Virus record (IMG/VR): IMGVR_UViG_3300017774_006254
Span: 1 to 64,000 of that record
Direction: 5' to 3' (one strand)
Source: a virus
DNA: 64,000 bases
The translations under genes were made by a program, and so were the position numbers. This document shows positions 33,931 through 43,848 of this stretch, piece after piece. Each line of letters begins with the position of its first letter. The stretch's first letter is position 1. The notes below the pieces were generated by a model. The model did not search any database. It saw nothing but the letters and a program-made list of their open reading frames with translations, and was not told where the DNA came from.

Positions 33931-36696
33931 TCAGAGCATTCCGCCGAAGAGATGACGTGCGAACACGCCGCCTGCGTAGCCCTTGCCCTCTGGCGTGACG
34001 AGCGATGCGTTGATCTCGCGATCAAGCGGCATCTGGCCCGTGACCGGAAGCGCTCCGGAGACTGGCATCTCGATCGACGCCCACGGCGGCTGGCGCTTGG
34101 AGTACATGGCGGCCAGGTCTGCATCCGCTTCGCCCGAGCCCATTTCATCGGACCCGAAGCCAGCTGCGGCCTCCATGACGCCGCCTTCCATGGCGTTCAT
34201 GGCGCCATCAATTCCGGCCATGTTGCCCGGATCGATGCCCTCGGCGTACGAGCCGACGCCCGCTGCCGCGTACATCATGCCCATGCCGCTCATCGGCTGA
34301 TCGACGTACTCGCCGGTGCCTGCTGCGGCATAGAACGCGCCCATGCCGTTCATCGGCTGGCTGACGTACTCGCCGATGCCGTTGACGTACTCACCGAGGT
34401 ACGCAGCAGCGCTTGTTCCCGCCGACACGCGCTGAATGACGCGGTCAGCGAGGGCCAGGCCCATGCCGGTGACGAGTGCGCCACGATGACGCCTCACGAT
34501 GCCCACCTTGGTCGCGAGACCAAGCGTTGCAGCGATGCCGAGGATGTTCGCGGCGATCTTGGTGTTCGAGGCGCCCGAAGCGTCCGAAGCGCCCGAGTCA
34601 AGCATGCCTCGGACCGCGCCGATGTTCGCGACACCGTTCGAGAGCAAGCGTGCTGCGATGAAACCAGCGGTGCCGCCAAGAACTGGCGTTGCGACATCAA
34701 GGATCGCGCCCATGCCGTTGCGACGAACGCCACGACGCGAACCACGACGACGACGTGAGCTGCGACGATTCATGACCACGTACTTCTGATTCCTGCGCAT
34801 CGACGACCTCTTTCTCGACGAACGACGCCTTTTGTTCGCCGTCATCTTCCTGCTTGACTTCCTGGACTTGCGCCGCCCGTACCATGCGGGGGGCTTGCGC
34901 CAACGGCTGTAGCGCCTGCGCTCCGCGTATCCACCAGTGGTGGCGCGTGCGTGCGCGTCCTTCGCAGCTCCGCCGAAGCGGAATTTGCGCACGTACGAGT
35001 GCTGCGAGACGTGCGGCGGAACGAGGACCGGATAGCCCGCGTTGCGGAACTTCCTGCCGGACTTCGGGCCGTACTCGACGAGCTGGTAGTAGCGGCCCTT
35101 GGGCGTGCCGACTCGGCTGGAGCCTGAGCCTCGGTACTTGACCTTCGAGACGGCCAGCATGTTGCGCGTCAAGCGCGAGCCACGACGGCGCGAACCACGG
35201 CGTGATCCGCGACGCGAACCGCGACGCGAACTGCGGCGCCTGTTCATGACCACGTACTTCTGGTTGGCCGTCACACGACGACGCGAACCACGACGACGGC
35301 GTGAGCCTCGACGCGATGAACGACGACCATTGGCCGTGGCGTACATCACATTCTTGCTCATGCGACGGCGCGAGTTCCGGCGAACCGAACCCCGACGCGA
35401 CCTGCGACGACGGCGACCGTTGGCTGTTGCGTACATGGTGTTCTTGCTCATCCTGCGACGTGAGTTGCGACGAACCGCTCGGCGCGAACCTCGGCGCGAC
35501 GAACGACGTGACGATCGGCGCGACGCGCGACGCGACCGGCGACGACCATTGGCCGTCATGCGGCGCTTCCTGCGACCACGGTACGTGGCGCCAACCGCGT
35601 AGCCACGCTTCGAGGAACCACGGGGCTTGCCACGCCTGCTGGTGAGACGACCAGCCGAACGCGGGATCGGGTAGGTGAGAATGCTCGGGCGTCCAGAACG
35701 GCTGAGCGGAAGTCGACCAACCCTCGTGATCGTGGGCATCAGCCCGCGCGTGAGGTACTTGTCGATGTACTCGCGGCCCGTCGTGCGAACACGCTTGCCA
35801 TGAAAGTAGCGCTTCTTGCTGGCGCGCCTGCGGGACGAACGGCGACTGCGCTTGCGCCCATTCGCCTGCATGCGGCTGTTGCGGCGACGGCGCGCTGCTG
35901 CACGCGAAGCCCTCGTCGAGTGGCGCTTGCTTCCGCGAGCGACGGCCACACGGCGACTGCCCCTGCGCGAAGACTTCTTCGAGGTCTTGCGTGACGTCTT
36001 GCGGGCCCTCTTCTTTGGACCAGTGCCAGCCTTGCGCGTGAGCGCGGCCTTGCGACCAGCCCGACGACGCGACGTGCGACGCGCTGATGTCTCGCGAATC
36101 GAAGCTCGGCGACGAGCCTTTCCGCGAGGGGTCTGCCTCGATGCGCGACGGCGACGACCACGCGACGAAATGGACATGCCACCCGCCGAACGCGTCTCAG
36201 TCACAGCCTCATGATCTTGACCACCACGAGCAGCTGCGCCCATTCCTGCGTACATCTCGTCTTCGTCGAACCCGTAGTTGCGACGAAGCCCATTGGACTT
36301 CATTGCCTTCCTCAGGGCGCTGATGTTGTATGCCATTCCACTTCTCCTCTTAGGGTTCCTGAGCATCGAGCCAGGGATCGCTTTGGTTAGGACCGTTCCG
36401 TACTCATCGGTCGCGTAGAGACGAGCTTTGCCTCGGCCCTTTCCGGTCTTGTCCGGATGACGCTCCGCCCAAGACTTCGCACCTTGCAGCGTCCTGTACT
36501 GCGGGCTTTCATGGATCTGCTTCCTACGACCAGAGATCCATTGAAATGGATTTTGCTGCGGAGGACGGCCTGTGTTCACGACAGTCAGCGCATTGACCCC
36601 AGGGTTCGAACGAAGACCACGATTCGGCTCCATGCCAGGCGATCTCTCGTACTGGCGCGCCGACTGCTTGGTGCTTCGTTTGTAGACTAGGGCCAT
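33931..36696 (-). CDS. giant Arg/Ser-rich protamine-like core protein with a hydrophobic C-terminal domain
   Basis: 921 aa; SRRGSRR repeats punctuated by xxN motifs; C-terminus GYAGGVFARHLFGGML. Confidence 0.75.
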   Translation of the reverse strand: MALVYKRSTKQSARQYERSPGMEPNRGLRSNPGVNALTVVNTGRPPQQNPFQWISGRRKQIHESPQYRTLQGAKSWAERHPDKTGKGRGKARLYATDEYGTVLTKAIPGSMLRNPKRRSGMAYNISALRKAMKSNGLRRNYGFDEDEMYAGMGAAARGGQDHEAVTETRSAGGMSISSRGRRRRASRQTPRGKARRRASIRETSARRTSRRRAGRKAALTRKAGTGPKKRARKTSRKTSKKSSRRGSRRVAVARGSKRHSTRASRAAARRRRNSRMQANGRKRSRRSSRRRASKKRYFHGKRVRTTGREYIDKYLTRGLMPTITRVGRLPLSRSGRPSILTYPIPRSAGRLTSRRGKPRGSSKRGYAVGATYRGRRKRRMTANGRRRSRRASRRSSRRSSRRGSRRAVRRNSRRRMSKNTMYATANGRRRRRSRRGSVRRNSRRRMSKNVMYATANGRRSSRRGSRRRRGSRRRVTANQKYVVMNRRRSSRRGSRRGSRRGSRRRGSRLTRNMLAVSKVKYRGSGSSRVGTPKGRYYQLVEYGPKSGRKFRNAGYPVLVPPHVSQHSYVRKFRFGGAAKDAHARATTGGYAERRRYSRWRKPPAWYGRRKSRKSSRKMTANKRRRSSRKRSSMRRNQKYVVMNRRSSRRRRGSRRGVRRNGMGAILDVATPVLGGTAGFIAARLLSNGVANIGAVRGMLDSGASDASGASNTKIAANILGIAATLGLATKVGIVRRHRGALVTGMGLALADRVIQRVSAGTSAAAYLGEYVNGIGEYVSQPMNGMGAFYAAAGTGEYVDQPMSGMGMMYAAAGVGSYAEGIDPGNMAGIDGAMNAMEGGVMEAAAGFGSDEMGSGEADADLAAMYSKRQPPWASIEMPVSGALPVTGQMPLDREINASLVTPEGKGYAGGVFARHLFGGML

Positions 36697-36765
36697 TTGG
36701 ACACACGTTCGCCTCTCGACCCGCCGTAGCAGGGAGGGACACGCCCTAGGTCTTCGATGGTTAAG

Positions 36766-37044
36766 CTACTGTGTCGGGGTACTCAAGTCCAACTTTTTCG
36801 ATGTCTGACAGTTATTTTGCGAGATCAGCGCTGCGAATGGCGACGTTTTCGCTTCGGCGAACCGTTGACGCACATGACGCATGTATCCACCGCGAAAGAT
36901 CCGCTCAGCACGAAGCAAGCTGTCGCCACACCAGACGCCCTCGAACCAGATATCAGCGGCTTCTTCGGCACGTTCCGCTAGGGCGTCCGACGTGTCTTCG
37001 CGCACCGCGACGCGCAGCTGCACCCGTGGGCCGTTGGCACGCAT
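36766..37044 (-). CDS. hypothetical protein
   Basis: MRANG start, coupled. Confidence 0.4.
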   Translation of the reverse strand: MRANGPRVQLRVAVREDTSDALAERAEEAADIWFEGVWCGDSLLRAERIFRGGYMRHVRQRFAEAKTSPFAALISQNNCQTSKKLDLSTPTQ

Positions 37045-37358
37045 CAGTCGTCCTCCGGCTCTCGCCGAGGATCTATGGTGGGTTTCTTGAGAATTCTTTC
37101 CAAGCGCTGATGTGACTGCTTGATGGTCGACTGCACGTTCCGAAGAATCGCCGCATCCGTCTGCTGAGCCGGAGGCTTTTCTTTCGTGATCGTTGTCAGT
37201 CCGAGCGCAAGCTCGCAGTCCTGAACGCGCTGTCTTGTCCTAGCCAAGTCTGACTGAAGCTTGGCGACCGCGTTCACAGCGCCTTTGACCAGCTCGTCCG
37301 ACTCTTTGATATGGGCTTGGAGTCGAATAATGAGCTTTTGCGTGGCGTCGTCAGACAT
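37044..37358 (-). CDS. coiled-coil protein
   Basis: Heptad pattern. Confidence 0.55.
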   Translation of the reverse strand: MSDDATQKLIIRLQAHIKESDELVKGAVNAVAKLQSDLARTRQRVQDCELALGLTTITKEKPPAQQTDAAILRNVQSTIKQSHQRLERILKKPTIDPRREPEDD

Positions 37359-37360
37359 GG

Positions 37361-37690
37361 TCAGTCTTGGTGCGCTCCACGCGACAGGAGCTGATCGATT
37401 GACTTCATCACATGCCGCATGTCCGCTTGGACCGTCGCAATGTCCTCGCGCTTGGCCAAAGTGCCAAGCTGAACCTCCATCGAATTGAAGCGCTTGTCCA
37501 CCTGAGCTTCCAACGCAACGACGGTTTTCGACGAGGCGAAAGCGACCTCAAATTCCTTGCGGATTTTCGCGTTCTCTTCGTCCAGCATGGACTTGACGTC
37601 GTTCTTGATCTTCATCCCGAGCGCCCACAGGAAGAACGGGACGATGATGGTTAGGCCTGTTTGGATATGAGTCCACTCGATAGTCATCAT
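37361..37690 (-). CDS. membrane protein with a coiled coil (holin-like architecture)
   Basis: N-terminal TM GLTIIVPFFLWALG followed by a coiled coil. Confidence 0.55.
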   Translation of the reverse strand: MMTIEWTHIQTGLTIIVPFFLWALGMKIKNDVKSMLDEENAKIRKEFEVAFASSKTVVALEAQVDKRFNSMEVQLGTLAKREDIATVQADMRHVMKSIDQLLSRGAHQD

Positions 37691-38355
37691 CCGTCGATCC
37701 CGTCCTTGAGAACACACAGTCCGCCGCCAGCCATAACCATCAGGAAACCATCCTTCGGCGAGTAAAGGGCGAGCATGTCTCCCTTCGGCGTGCAGTAGAG
37801 GTAACAGCCGCGAGGGTTGATCTCGTAGACCTCGTTGTCGTCGAAACGCTCGACGAAAACACCGAGGCAGTATCCAAGAAGCGTCAAAGCTCCTGGGGCG
37901 CGGACAGGGAGCTTCTCAGCTTTAGCTGGCGCTGCCCTGCGTTTGCCACCGATGGTGCTCTTTGACGCCTCACGTGCAGGCTCGTACGCAATGACGCCCT
38001 TGCCAAACTCGTACTCCTTGTCGGAGCCGCCACTGCTGTCGTCGTGAACGTGCTTGTAATCTTCGTCGTCGCCGTCTTCATGCCACTTGTCAGTGCGGTA
38101 CATCGTGGATACAACTTGTCCAACGGGTACCACTGACGTGGGCAGGTCGTGATTCAGCTCGACGGTCCTGAGCGGGCGCTTTGCATGAAAGGTCTCGTAT
38201 CGACCCATGGCCCCGTCAAGATCTTTCCCGTGCCGTCCCGAGACTTCATCGGGGTCGATGTCGCGACCAACGTGACTCGTGTCCATCGAAGCGCGGCCAT
38301 TCAGTGTGGACCCGTTGGGCGCAAGGCCCGTGTCTGCTTTGCGTAGGAATCGCAT
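37687..38355 (-). CDS. hypothetical virion-module protein
   Basis: MRFLRKADTGLAPNG leader; RYETFHAKRP...YRTDKW...YKHVH. Confidence 0.6.
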   Translation of the reverse strand: MRFLRKADTGLAPNGSTLNGRASMDTSHVGRDIDPDEVSGRHGKDLDGAMGRYETFHAKRPLRTVELNHDLPTSVVPVGQVVSTMYRTDKWHEDGDDEDYKHVHDDSSGGSDKEYEFGKGVIAYEPAREASKSTIGGKRRAAPAKAEKLPVRAPGALTLLGYCLGVFVERFDDNEVYEINPRGCYLYCTPKGDMLALYSPKDGFLMVMAGGGLCVLKDGIDG

Positions 38356-38356
38356 A

Positions 38357-38698
38357 TCACTTCTTCTTCCGAAAATGATAGTACAGCGCAACCACGCTTG
38401 CACCAGCTGCGAACATGAGCCAGGGCGATCCTGTCACGCCGCTGATCGCGCCAGCATCGTCGCCCAGGTCCATCATGCTGTTTGGTAAGCGCCGGATTTC
38501 TCCATGCGGCAAATGGTCCCATCCCATGAATGCAGCGCCTCCAGGCAACGGCTTCACATCCGTGTCCGGATTGGCGCCGATAGGGCTGTCTACGATAGGT
38601 TTCGGCGGAAGAGCATCATCGCCGACGGAGACATGAGCCGGAGTCGTGTAGATTCCGTACGCGTTTCTGTCCCAGTTCCATACGGAGTAGAGCGCCAT
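38357..38698 (-). CDS. tail-anchored membrane protein
   Basis: C-terminal TM followed by RKKK. Confidence 0.65.
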   Translation of the reverse strand: MALYSVWNWDRNAYGIYTTPAHVSVGDDALPPKPIVDSPIGANPDTDVKPLPGGAAFMGWDHLPHGEIRRLPNSMMDLGDDAGAISGVTGSPWLMFAAGASVVALYYHFRKKK

Positions 38699-38752
38699 TT
38701 TGACTCGCTGTTGTGCACCAAGGCGCCCACCGTCAAGGTAGCACGGTCTCGC

Positions 38753-39142
38753 TTATCCACGCACTTGGATTCGAAGCATAGCTTTCAGTAGTGCGCGCAG
38801 GCCCGGAACCAAATCGAGCTTCAGCGCGTCTTCGGCATCGGCCCAGCGCATGTCGCTCGATTCCCAGTTGGGTTTGGGAGTGCCAGTCCACGCTGTGCAC
38901 ATGTACGTCGTCAGAGTGCCCCATTTACCTCTGGACTCGGCCACTTTTAAGAGCCCTTTTACTCGCAAATTAGCTTCTTCGAGGGTCTCGCGGATGACTG
39001 CCTGTCGCGGTGTTTCTCCGGGATCGACCTTCCCCATGGGGGTATTCCACCGGTCCGGCATCCATGGGGCTGTCGAGCCTCGACGCAGGAGAAGGATGCG
39101 CCCTTGCTTGTCCACAAGGATGCAAGCTGCGGCGTCCGTCAC
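38753..39142 (-). CDS. NUDIX hydrolase
   Basis: ILLLRR...W..PMGKVDPGETPRQAVIRETLEEANL NUDIX box; GTG start at 39142. Confidence 0.9.
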   Translation of the reverse strand: MTDAAACILVDKQGRILLLRRGSTAPWMPDRWNTPMGKVDPGETPRQAVIRETLEEANLRVKGLLKVAESRGKWGTLTTYMCTAWTGTPKPNWESSDMRWADAEDALKLDLVPGLRALLKAMLRIQVRG

Positions 39143-39423
39143 CTGACCGCTCGTCGTGAGTTCTTCTTCATGTTCGACGCGCCGAAAAAGACAGCGGCTG
39201 CGACGCCCACAAGGCCTGCCCAGCCAAGCACCACTGGCCACCCAATAGCCTGCCGAGGAGGTGGCGTTGGGTCTGAAGCTTGCCCAAGAGCCCGAGCTTG
39301 AGCAATCTCCATTGGGGAGTGGCGACAAGGTGCCGTTGAGATCCGCAACTCGTGGGGTCCCATACAGCGACACCTCGACGTCACGACACCGCACCGGCAT
39401 CTCTCGATGTAGTGGCCCATCAC
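39139..39423 (-). CDS. tail-anchored membrane protein, Cys-rich N-terminus
   Basis: CRC..CRC, ALGQ, TM, MKKNSRR. Confidence 0.6.
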   Translation of the reverse strand: MMGHYIERCRCGVVTSRCRCMGPHELRISTAPCRHSPMEIAQARALGQASDPTPPPRQAIGWPVVLGWAGLVGVAAAVFFGASNMKKNSRRAVR

Positions 39424-39719
39424 TTCCTTCGGAAAGCGAAGAAAGCTCCAACGCCAAGCAGGAGCGCTCCACCGATGAGGTACGGGGTGTACGAGACCTC
39501 AGGCGCCTGTCCGTATGGGAGTCCGGTCGCGGGGTTGATCGCGCCGTACGGCATGCCTGTCGCCGGGTTCATTGGAACCTGGCCTGCGGTTGCGGAAGGA
39601 TCGGCAGCTGGAGGGGTTCGCCCCGCTGCGATGAGCTGCGCCGCAGCGGTACCCACTGCGGTCGTAATTGCCGCGACATCCTCAGCTGTGGTTCCCATCG
39701 ATCTTGCGTACGACATCAT
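39420..39719 (-). CDS. tail-anchored membrane protein (MSY type)
   Basis: MSYARSMG; NPATG(M/L)PYG twice; TM followed by RRK. Confidence 0.65.
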   Translation of the reverse strand: MMSYARSMGTTAEDVAAITTAVGTAAAQLIAAGRTPPAADPSATAGQVPMNPATGMPYGAINPATGLPYGQAPEVSYTPYLIGGALLLGVGAFFAFRRK

Positions 39720-39910
39720 CTACTCCTTCGGTTGCGTTTGACACGACGACGAGCAACTGCGTATGCCGCCCAGCTCAAGGCAACCGCTGCGACTCCAAGT
39801 GCGATTGTACCGCCGATGACAGTGTTCGCCACAGACGTGACGGTCTGCTGAATGGCATGCTCAACAGCTGGCGTGGACTGCCCAAGAGCGCGAATGTGTT
39901 GGTAGCTCAT
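39716..39910 (-). CDS. small membrane protein (MSY type)
   Basis: MSYQHIRALGQ; TM; VKRNRRSR. Confidence 0.6.
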   Translation of the reverse strand: MSYQHIRALGQSTPAVEHAIQQTVTSVANTVIGGTIALGVAAVALSWAAYAVARRRVKRNRRSR

Positions 39911-40539
39911 TTTCGCCTGTTCCTTCGCACTCGTCCACGAGGGCTGTAAGCAAGAGACCGCGCCGTCCGCTGCGACACGTAAACGGCCGCCCCAACAAGA
40001 CCAATGGCTACCACAGCCGCAGAGCCGATGATGAGAGGCGAGGTGGGAGGTGTCAGACCAACCGTGTCTGGTGGATCTTGCGGAGATGTGCGCGGCGGAG
40101 GATCGGGGACCGGACCGACCGGATACACGTAAACGTCATCCCGAAGGGGAGGCATGATGATCCTGTATCTGCGCAGAATGATTTGTGATCGCGGGCTGAT
40201 CTCCAACGAGGCCCGAAGCAAAGCATCTCGAATGGAGGTCGCATAAGCCACAGCGGGACGCTCACTCGTCGGCCTCCAGCGCGCATACAAAAAACCACCC
40301 GTGACCCACCTGACATCAAGAACAGTCCCCATAGAAGACAGCGTAGACCGAACGATCGCTTTTGCCGTCTCAGCCTGCTCTGGGGTGATGTTCCTGACGA
40401 CCAAGTTTGCGTCGAGAGCTGGGACAAACCCATAAAGCCCAACGCCAAGCCTCGTGACGCCAACAGAGAGACCTTGGACCTCAGTTGTGTTTGCTGTCGG
40501 AATGGAAACCGGAGTTTCGCCAGAAAGTGCGTAGCTCAT
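39907..40539 (-). CDS. tail-anchored membrane protein (MSY type)
   Basis: Start refined to MSYALSG; TM; VRRNRRK. Confidence 0.65.
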   Translation of the reverse strand: MSYALSGETPVSIPTANTTEVQGLSVGVTRLGVGLYGFVPALDANLVVRNITPEQAETAKAIVRSTLSSMGTVLDVRWVTGGFLYARWRPTSERPAVAYATSIRDALLRASLEISPRSQIILRRYRIIMPPLRDDVYVYPVGPVPDPPPRTSPQDPPDTVGLTPPTSPLIIGSAAVVAIGLVGAAVYVSQRTARSLAYSPRGRVRRNRRK

Positions 40540-41102
40540 CGAAGCCTCCTGCGGCGGTTGAACGTGAGCTTGGACAGCGTCTTGATTCTCGCGTAGTTGT
40601 TCAACAAGTACCCCGCACTCACAGCGCCTGCGATACCGATGACAGCCCAAGCCATGAGCGTGTAGTTCGCCGAACGAACAAGATTTGGTTGCTCATCCTC
40701 AGAGAGCCGAGCGTACTGCGTAGGACTTGATCCCGTCAGCGCTCTGTATCGATCTTCGAGCAGGTTGTACCTGTTGACGTACTCCTGGGCCGGAGAGATC
40801 GATCCTTGCGCCCACCATGTAGAAGCCGTGTGGTTGAACGCGAGCCACTGATTTCGCAGCTCGTCCCAGTCAGCGAGAAACCGCGTGCCGACAGCGTTGG
40901 CTCGAAGCGCAGCTCGCCGTGGGATGATGTCACGGTCAAGAGACGTGATCTGCCCGTTGATCTGGTTCAACCACGCCCTGACTTCGCCAGGAAGCCAAGC
41001 CAGCCGACTCGGAGTCACCAGTTCGCCAAGAGACGAACGATTCGAGCGCATCGAGCACCCGCAACCGAGCCCATGCACGTGCGGGCGCAGTGCGTAGCTC
41101 AT
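40536..41102 (-). CDS. tail-anchored membrane protein (MSY type)
   Basis: MSYALRPHVHGLGCGCSMRSN; TM; LTFNRRRRLR. Confidence 0.65.
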   Translation of the reverse strand: MSYALRPHVHGLGCGCSMRSNRSSLGELVTPSRLAWLPGEVRAWLNQINGQITSLDRDIIPRRAALRANAVGTRFLADWDELRNQWLAFNHTASTWWAQGSISPAQEYVNRYNLLEDRYRALTGSSPTQYARLSEDEQPNLVRSANYTLMAWAVIGIAGAVSAGYLLNNYARIKTLSKLTFNRRRRLR

Positions 41103-41644
41103 GACCGCCTCCGCCTCCTGCGGTTCGCGCGCACCGGTGCTCCTGCAAGCATGAAGTACGCACCCAAGCCAACGAGAGCCGTGCCACCAAGGATCCACGG
41201 AAGGAGGCTCCTTCGACTCACCTCGACCTCAGCAGGCTTCTCCTCCAAAGCTGACTCTGAGGTCGCCGAAGTGTTCCCTTGGGGCCGTGGCGTGACCGTT
41301 GGATCGGCGACCCGCTGGAGAGCCTCAAGACGGGTCGCCAGAGTCTTGGAAACGAGAACACGCGGCGTAACTGCGATGTTCGTTGGGAACGTGGACGGCA
41401 CTGGCAGTCCTGGTCCCGCTTCCGTCAGACCAGCAATCGTTAGGGGGCCTGCACGACCGTCGACCGCGATGGAAGCCTGCCCCCGAGAAGCGCGGAAGGC
41501 GTTGACGGCACGTTGAGCCCAGGTGGCCGTGGTGTCCCAGTACCGAGCGTCAGGTGCGTATGCGCGCCGTTCCCGATCGGGGCCCAAGGCCGTCGATGCG
41601 GTAGGCACGAACGAGTAGTCGATTGCTTGACCCAGATACGACAT
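41099..41644 (-). CDS. tail-anchored membrane protein with a peptidoglycan-binding-like motif
   Basis: MSYLGQ; WAQRAVN...IAVDGRAGPLT resembles PG_binding_1; TM; VRANRRRRRRS. Confidence 0.6.
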   Translation of the reverse strand: MSYLGQAIDYSFVPTASTALGPDRERRAYAPDARYWDTTATWAQRAVNAFRASRGQASIAVDGRAGPLTIAGLTEAGPGLPVPSTFPTNIAVTPRVLVSKTLATRLEALQRVADPTVTPRPQGNTSATSESALEEKPAEVEVSRRSLLPWILGGTALVGLGAYFMLAGAPVRANRRRRRRS

Positions 41645-41683
41645 CACACCCTCTTCTCGCAGCGATCACCTCGCGGCGTTTCT

Positions 41684-42355
41684 TCAGATCTCTTGCCCGT
41701 CGTCACGCAACGCGTCGACGTAATCTTCCCACTGCTTTCCACGTTTTCCAGTGGTAGCTGGGTACAGGCCAACCGTGCCATCGCTGTGCACGATCGCCGA
41801 AAGGCCTTCCTTCTTGCACAGCTTCTCGAAGCCCTTGTCCACCTTGTAGGCGGGCTCGAACTTGATGTTGATCAAAGGAGAGATCTCCTTGAACTTCGCG
41901 CGCTTTGCATCGTCAGCATCGCTGAAGACCTTTGCTCCCGCGACACCGGCCTTTGCGAAGTAGCGAGTCACCTGGTCAGCGAAAGCACTACGACTCGGAC
42001 TCCACCCTCCCGCGCTCTCGCCCTCATCCGGAAGTGCATACGAGGCAGACCCCTCGTCCTCATCATCACGGCTGTTCTTCGTAGGAGCCTTGATGTTTTG
42101 AAGCAAGAAGTACCCGCCGATTCCAGTGCCGACGGCGGTAACCAGCCAGCCCCAAATTGGGAGCGGGCCCATCTTGCGCTGCAAGAACCCCGTCTCCTGG
42201 ATTGGAGCGGGAGCTTGCGCGAGAGACAAGGGGTAAACCGGCATCCCGTTCACGTTCATCATGGGCGCAGGCTGCGCCGCCATGACCGGAGTTGGAGCTG
42301 GAGCCGCTTGCCCGCCGCCGTAGATTTCATCGAGATCGAATTGTTGTTCAGTCAT
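41684..42355 (-). CDS. membrane protein
   Basis: Internal TM GPLPIWGWLVTAVGTGIGGYFLL. Confidence 0.65.
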   Translation of the reverse strand: MTEQQFDLDEIYGGGQAAPAPTPVMAAQPAPMMNVNGMPVYPLSLAQAPAPIQETGFLQRKMGPLPIWGWLVTAVGTGIGGYFLLQNIKAPTKNSRDDEDEGSASYALPDEGESAGGWSPSRSAFADQVTRYFAKAGVAGAKVFSDADDAKRAKFKEISPLINIKFEPAYKVDKGFEKLCKKEGLSAIVHSDGTVGLYPATTGKRGKQWEDYVDALRDDGQEI

Positions 42356-42415
42356 GCCCAGCCTTCAATTGTGAGTTCGAGATCCACCCAAAGATCTCGT
42401 CAGGTTCAGAACAGC

Positions 42416-43492
42416 TCAGTCCCATCCCATGTCGAGGCTTCGGACTTCCCCGGGCTTCGCGATGCGCACGTTCTTTGGCTTCAACGTGACGGTCATCCCG
42501 CCGCCCCTGTGGGTATTCGGCTTGCCCATCTCAGTGGCCAGTCGCGTCGCTTCAGTTTTGCTCGAAGCCAAGGCAGTGTTGTATCCGCCGCCGACCCAGT
42601 TCCACACCCACAGCTTCTTGGTGCTCTTGGGACGCGGGTTCCGAGTGACACGTCGCGAACTGGACTTTCGCTTCCGCTTTGGAATCGAGAAGGTCGTCTC
42701 TTGGGTTTTGATCTTGCAGCCAGGCCCGTGGCCGCGCTTGCCCAAGTCGGGCTTGCCACATGACGGACACGGAAAACTGCCAGCGTTCATGCGCATGCGT
42801 GATCGGCGCCTCGACCCGCGCCGACGCCTATTTGGCGTAACCACCCTCTTCGGCTTCAGGGCGAAGAATGCAAGCGCCCCCACAGCGAGCGTGCCTCCCG
42901 CGAGAACACCCCACATCGGGATGCCTCCAACGGTCTGCGTGAGGAAGGTTGGTTCAGCACTGCCGTCGTAGTACGGCTGCGCTCCAGGCATAGCGCCGGG
43001 AATGGTCGCTGGAGTGGTCGCTGGGGCCGGAAACAAGCTCGTCAGCAAGCCCGTCACCGCCGAGGTCGCAGCTGCCCCCGCATTCGCACCGCTGGAAGCA
43101 CCAGGGCTACTGGATGCGCCAGGAGACGAGGGAGGCGACCCGTACGTCCAGGCGTGCGTGTTTGTGACGCGCGATCCTGAAAGCAGAGCTTGAATCTGCG
43201 CGCCCATGCGAGCGAAGGCCTGATTCACAGCTTCGCCAGTCAGCGCACCCGACGCACGGACGGTCACCCAGAGACTGCCCGCGGGGACGCCACCAGGCGC
43301 AGAAGGGCCGCCCCAACCACTGCCGACGATCGTCCCTGGGAACGAAGCTGCGGCGGTACGCAAGGCCTGAAGCTTCTGCTCAGCCGTGCCGTTGGCTTGA
43401 ACAAGGAATCCGCCGACGAATTGCTGACCTGGCACGTAGCTCGCGCCCGTCGCCAAACCACCAAGACCACTGAACCCTCTTGTGTAACTCAT
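42416..43492 (-). CDS. membrane protein (MSY type) with a basic, Zn-knuckle-containing tail
   Basis: MSYTRGFSGLG; TM; VTPNRRRR, MRMNAG, CPSC..H..C, VTRNP. Confidence 0.65.
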   Translation of the reverse strand: MSYTRGFSGLGGLATGASYVPGQQFVGGFLVQANGTAEQKLQALRTAAASFPGTIVGSGWGGPSAPGGVPAGSLWVTVRASGALTGEAVNQAFARMGAQIQALLSGSRVTNTHAWTYGSPPSSPGASSSPGASSGANAGAAATSAVTGLLTSLFPAPATTPATIPGAMPGAQPYYDGSAEPTFLTQTVGGIPMWGVLAGGTLAVGALAFFALKPKRVVTPNRRRRGSRRRSRMRMNAGSFPCPSCGKPDLGKRGHGPGCKIKTQETTFSIPKRKRKSSSRRVTRNPRPKSTKKLWVWNWVGGGYNTALASSKTEATRLATEMGKPNTHRGGGMTVTLKPKNVRIAKPGEVRSLDMGWD

Positions 43493-43848
43493 CGCCTGCT
43501 CCTTGGGCGCCTGTTGGCGCGAACTTGCCTCGACGGCTTCAGGGTGTTCCATGCGAACAGCCCAAAGCTGCCAATCGACAACGCGAGTCCAATCAGCGAG
43601 TAACGCTCCATCCGCTGGGCTCGCTGCTCTTCCTTCGACAACTCCGTGACTTGGCCAAGGTGCGACGACTGAAGGTACGGACGACGCGGTCCGAGATGCT
43701 CAGACCGAAGACGAGGCGGCTGCGTGGTGTAGATGAATTGCGACACCGAGCCCCGCTGACGCTGCGGCTGACTGAGGTCCGCAAATACCCACGGGTTCGT
43801 AACTCCCCATGGCTGATAGCCAAGGGCTCTGTTCACTCGGTAGGTCAT
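43489..43848 (-). CDS. tail-anchored membrane protein
   Basis: MTYRVNRALG; HLGQ; TM; VRANRRPRSRR. Confidence 0.6.
   Translation of the reverse strand: MTYRVNRALGYQPWGVTNPWVFADLSQPQRQRGSVSQFIYTTQPPRLRSEHLGPRRPYLQSSHLGQVTELSKEEQRAQRMERYSLIGLALSIGSFGLFAWNTLKPSRQVRANRRPRSRR

Noticed and set aside
33931-36696. Arg-rich ORF as a spurious frame of repetitive DNA
   Set aside because: It is co-directional with the operon, repeats vary at synonymous positions, and its C-terminus is clearly paralogous to the next gene.
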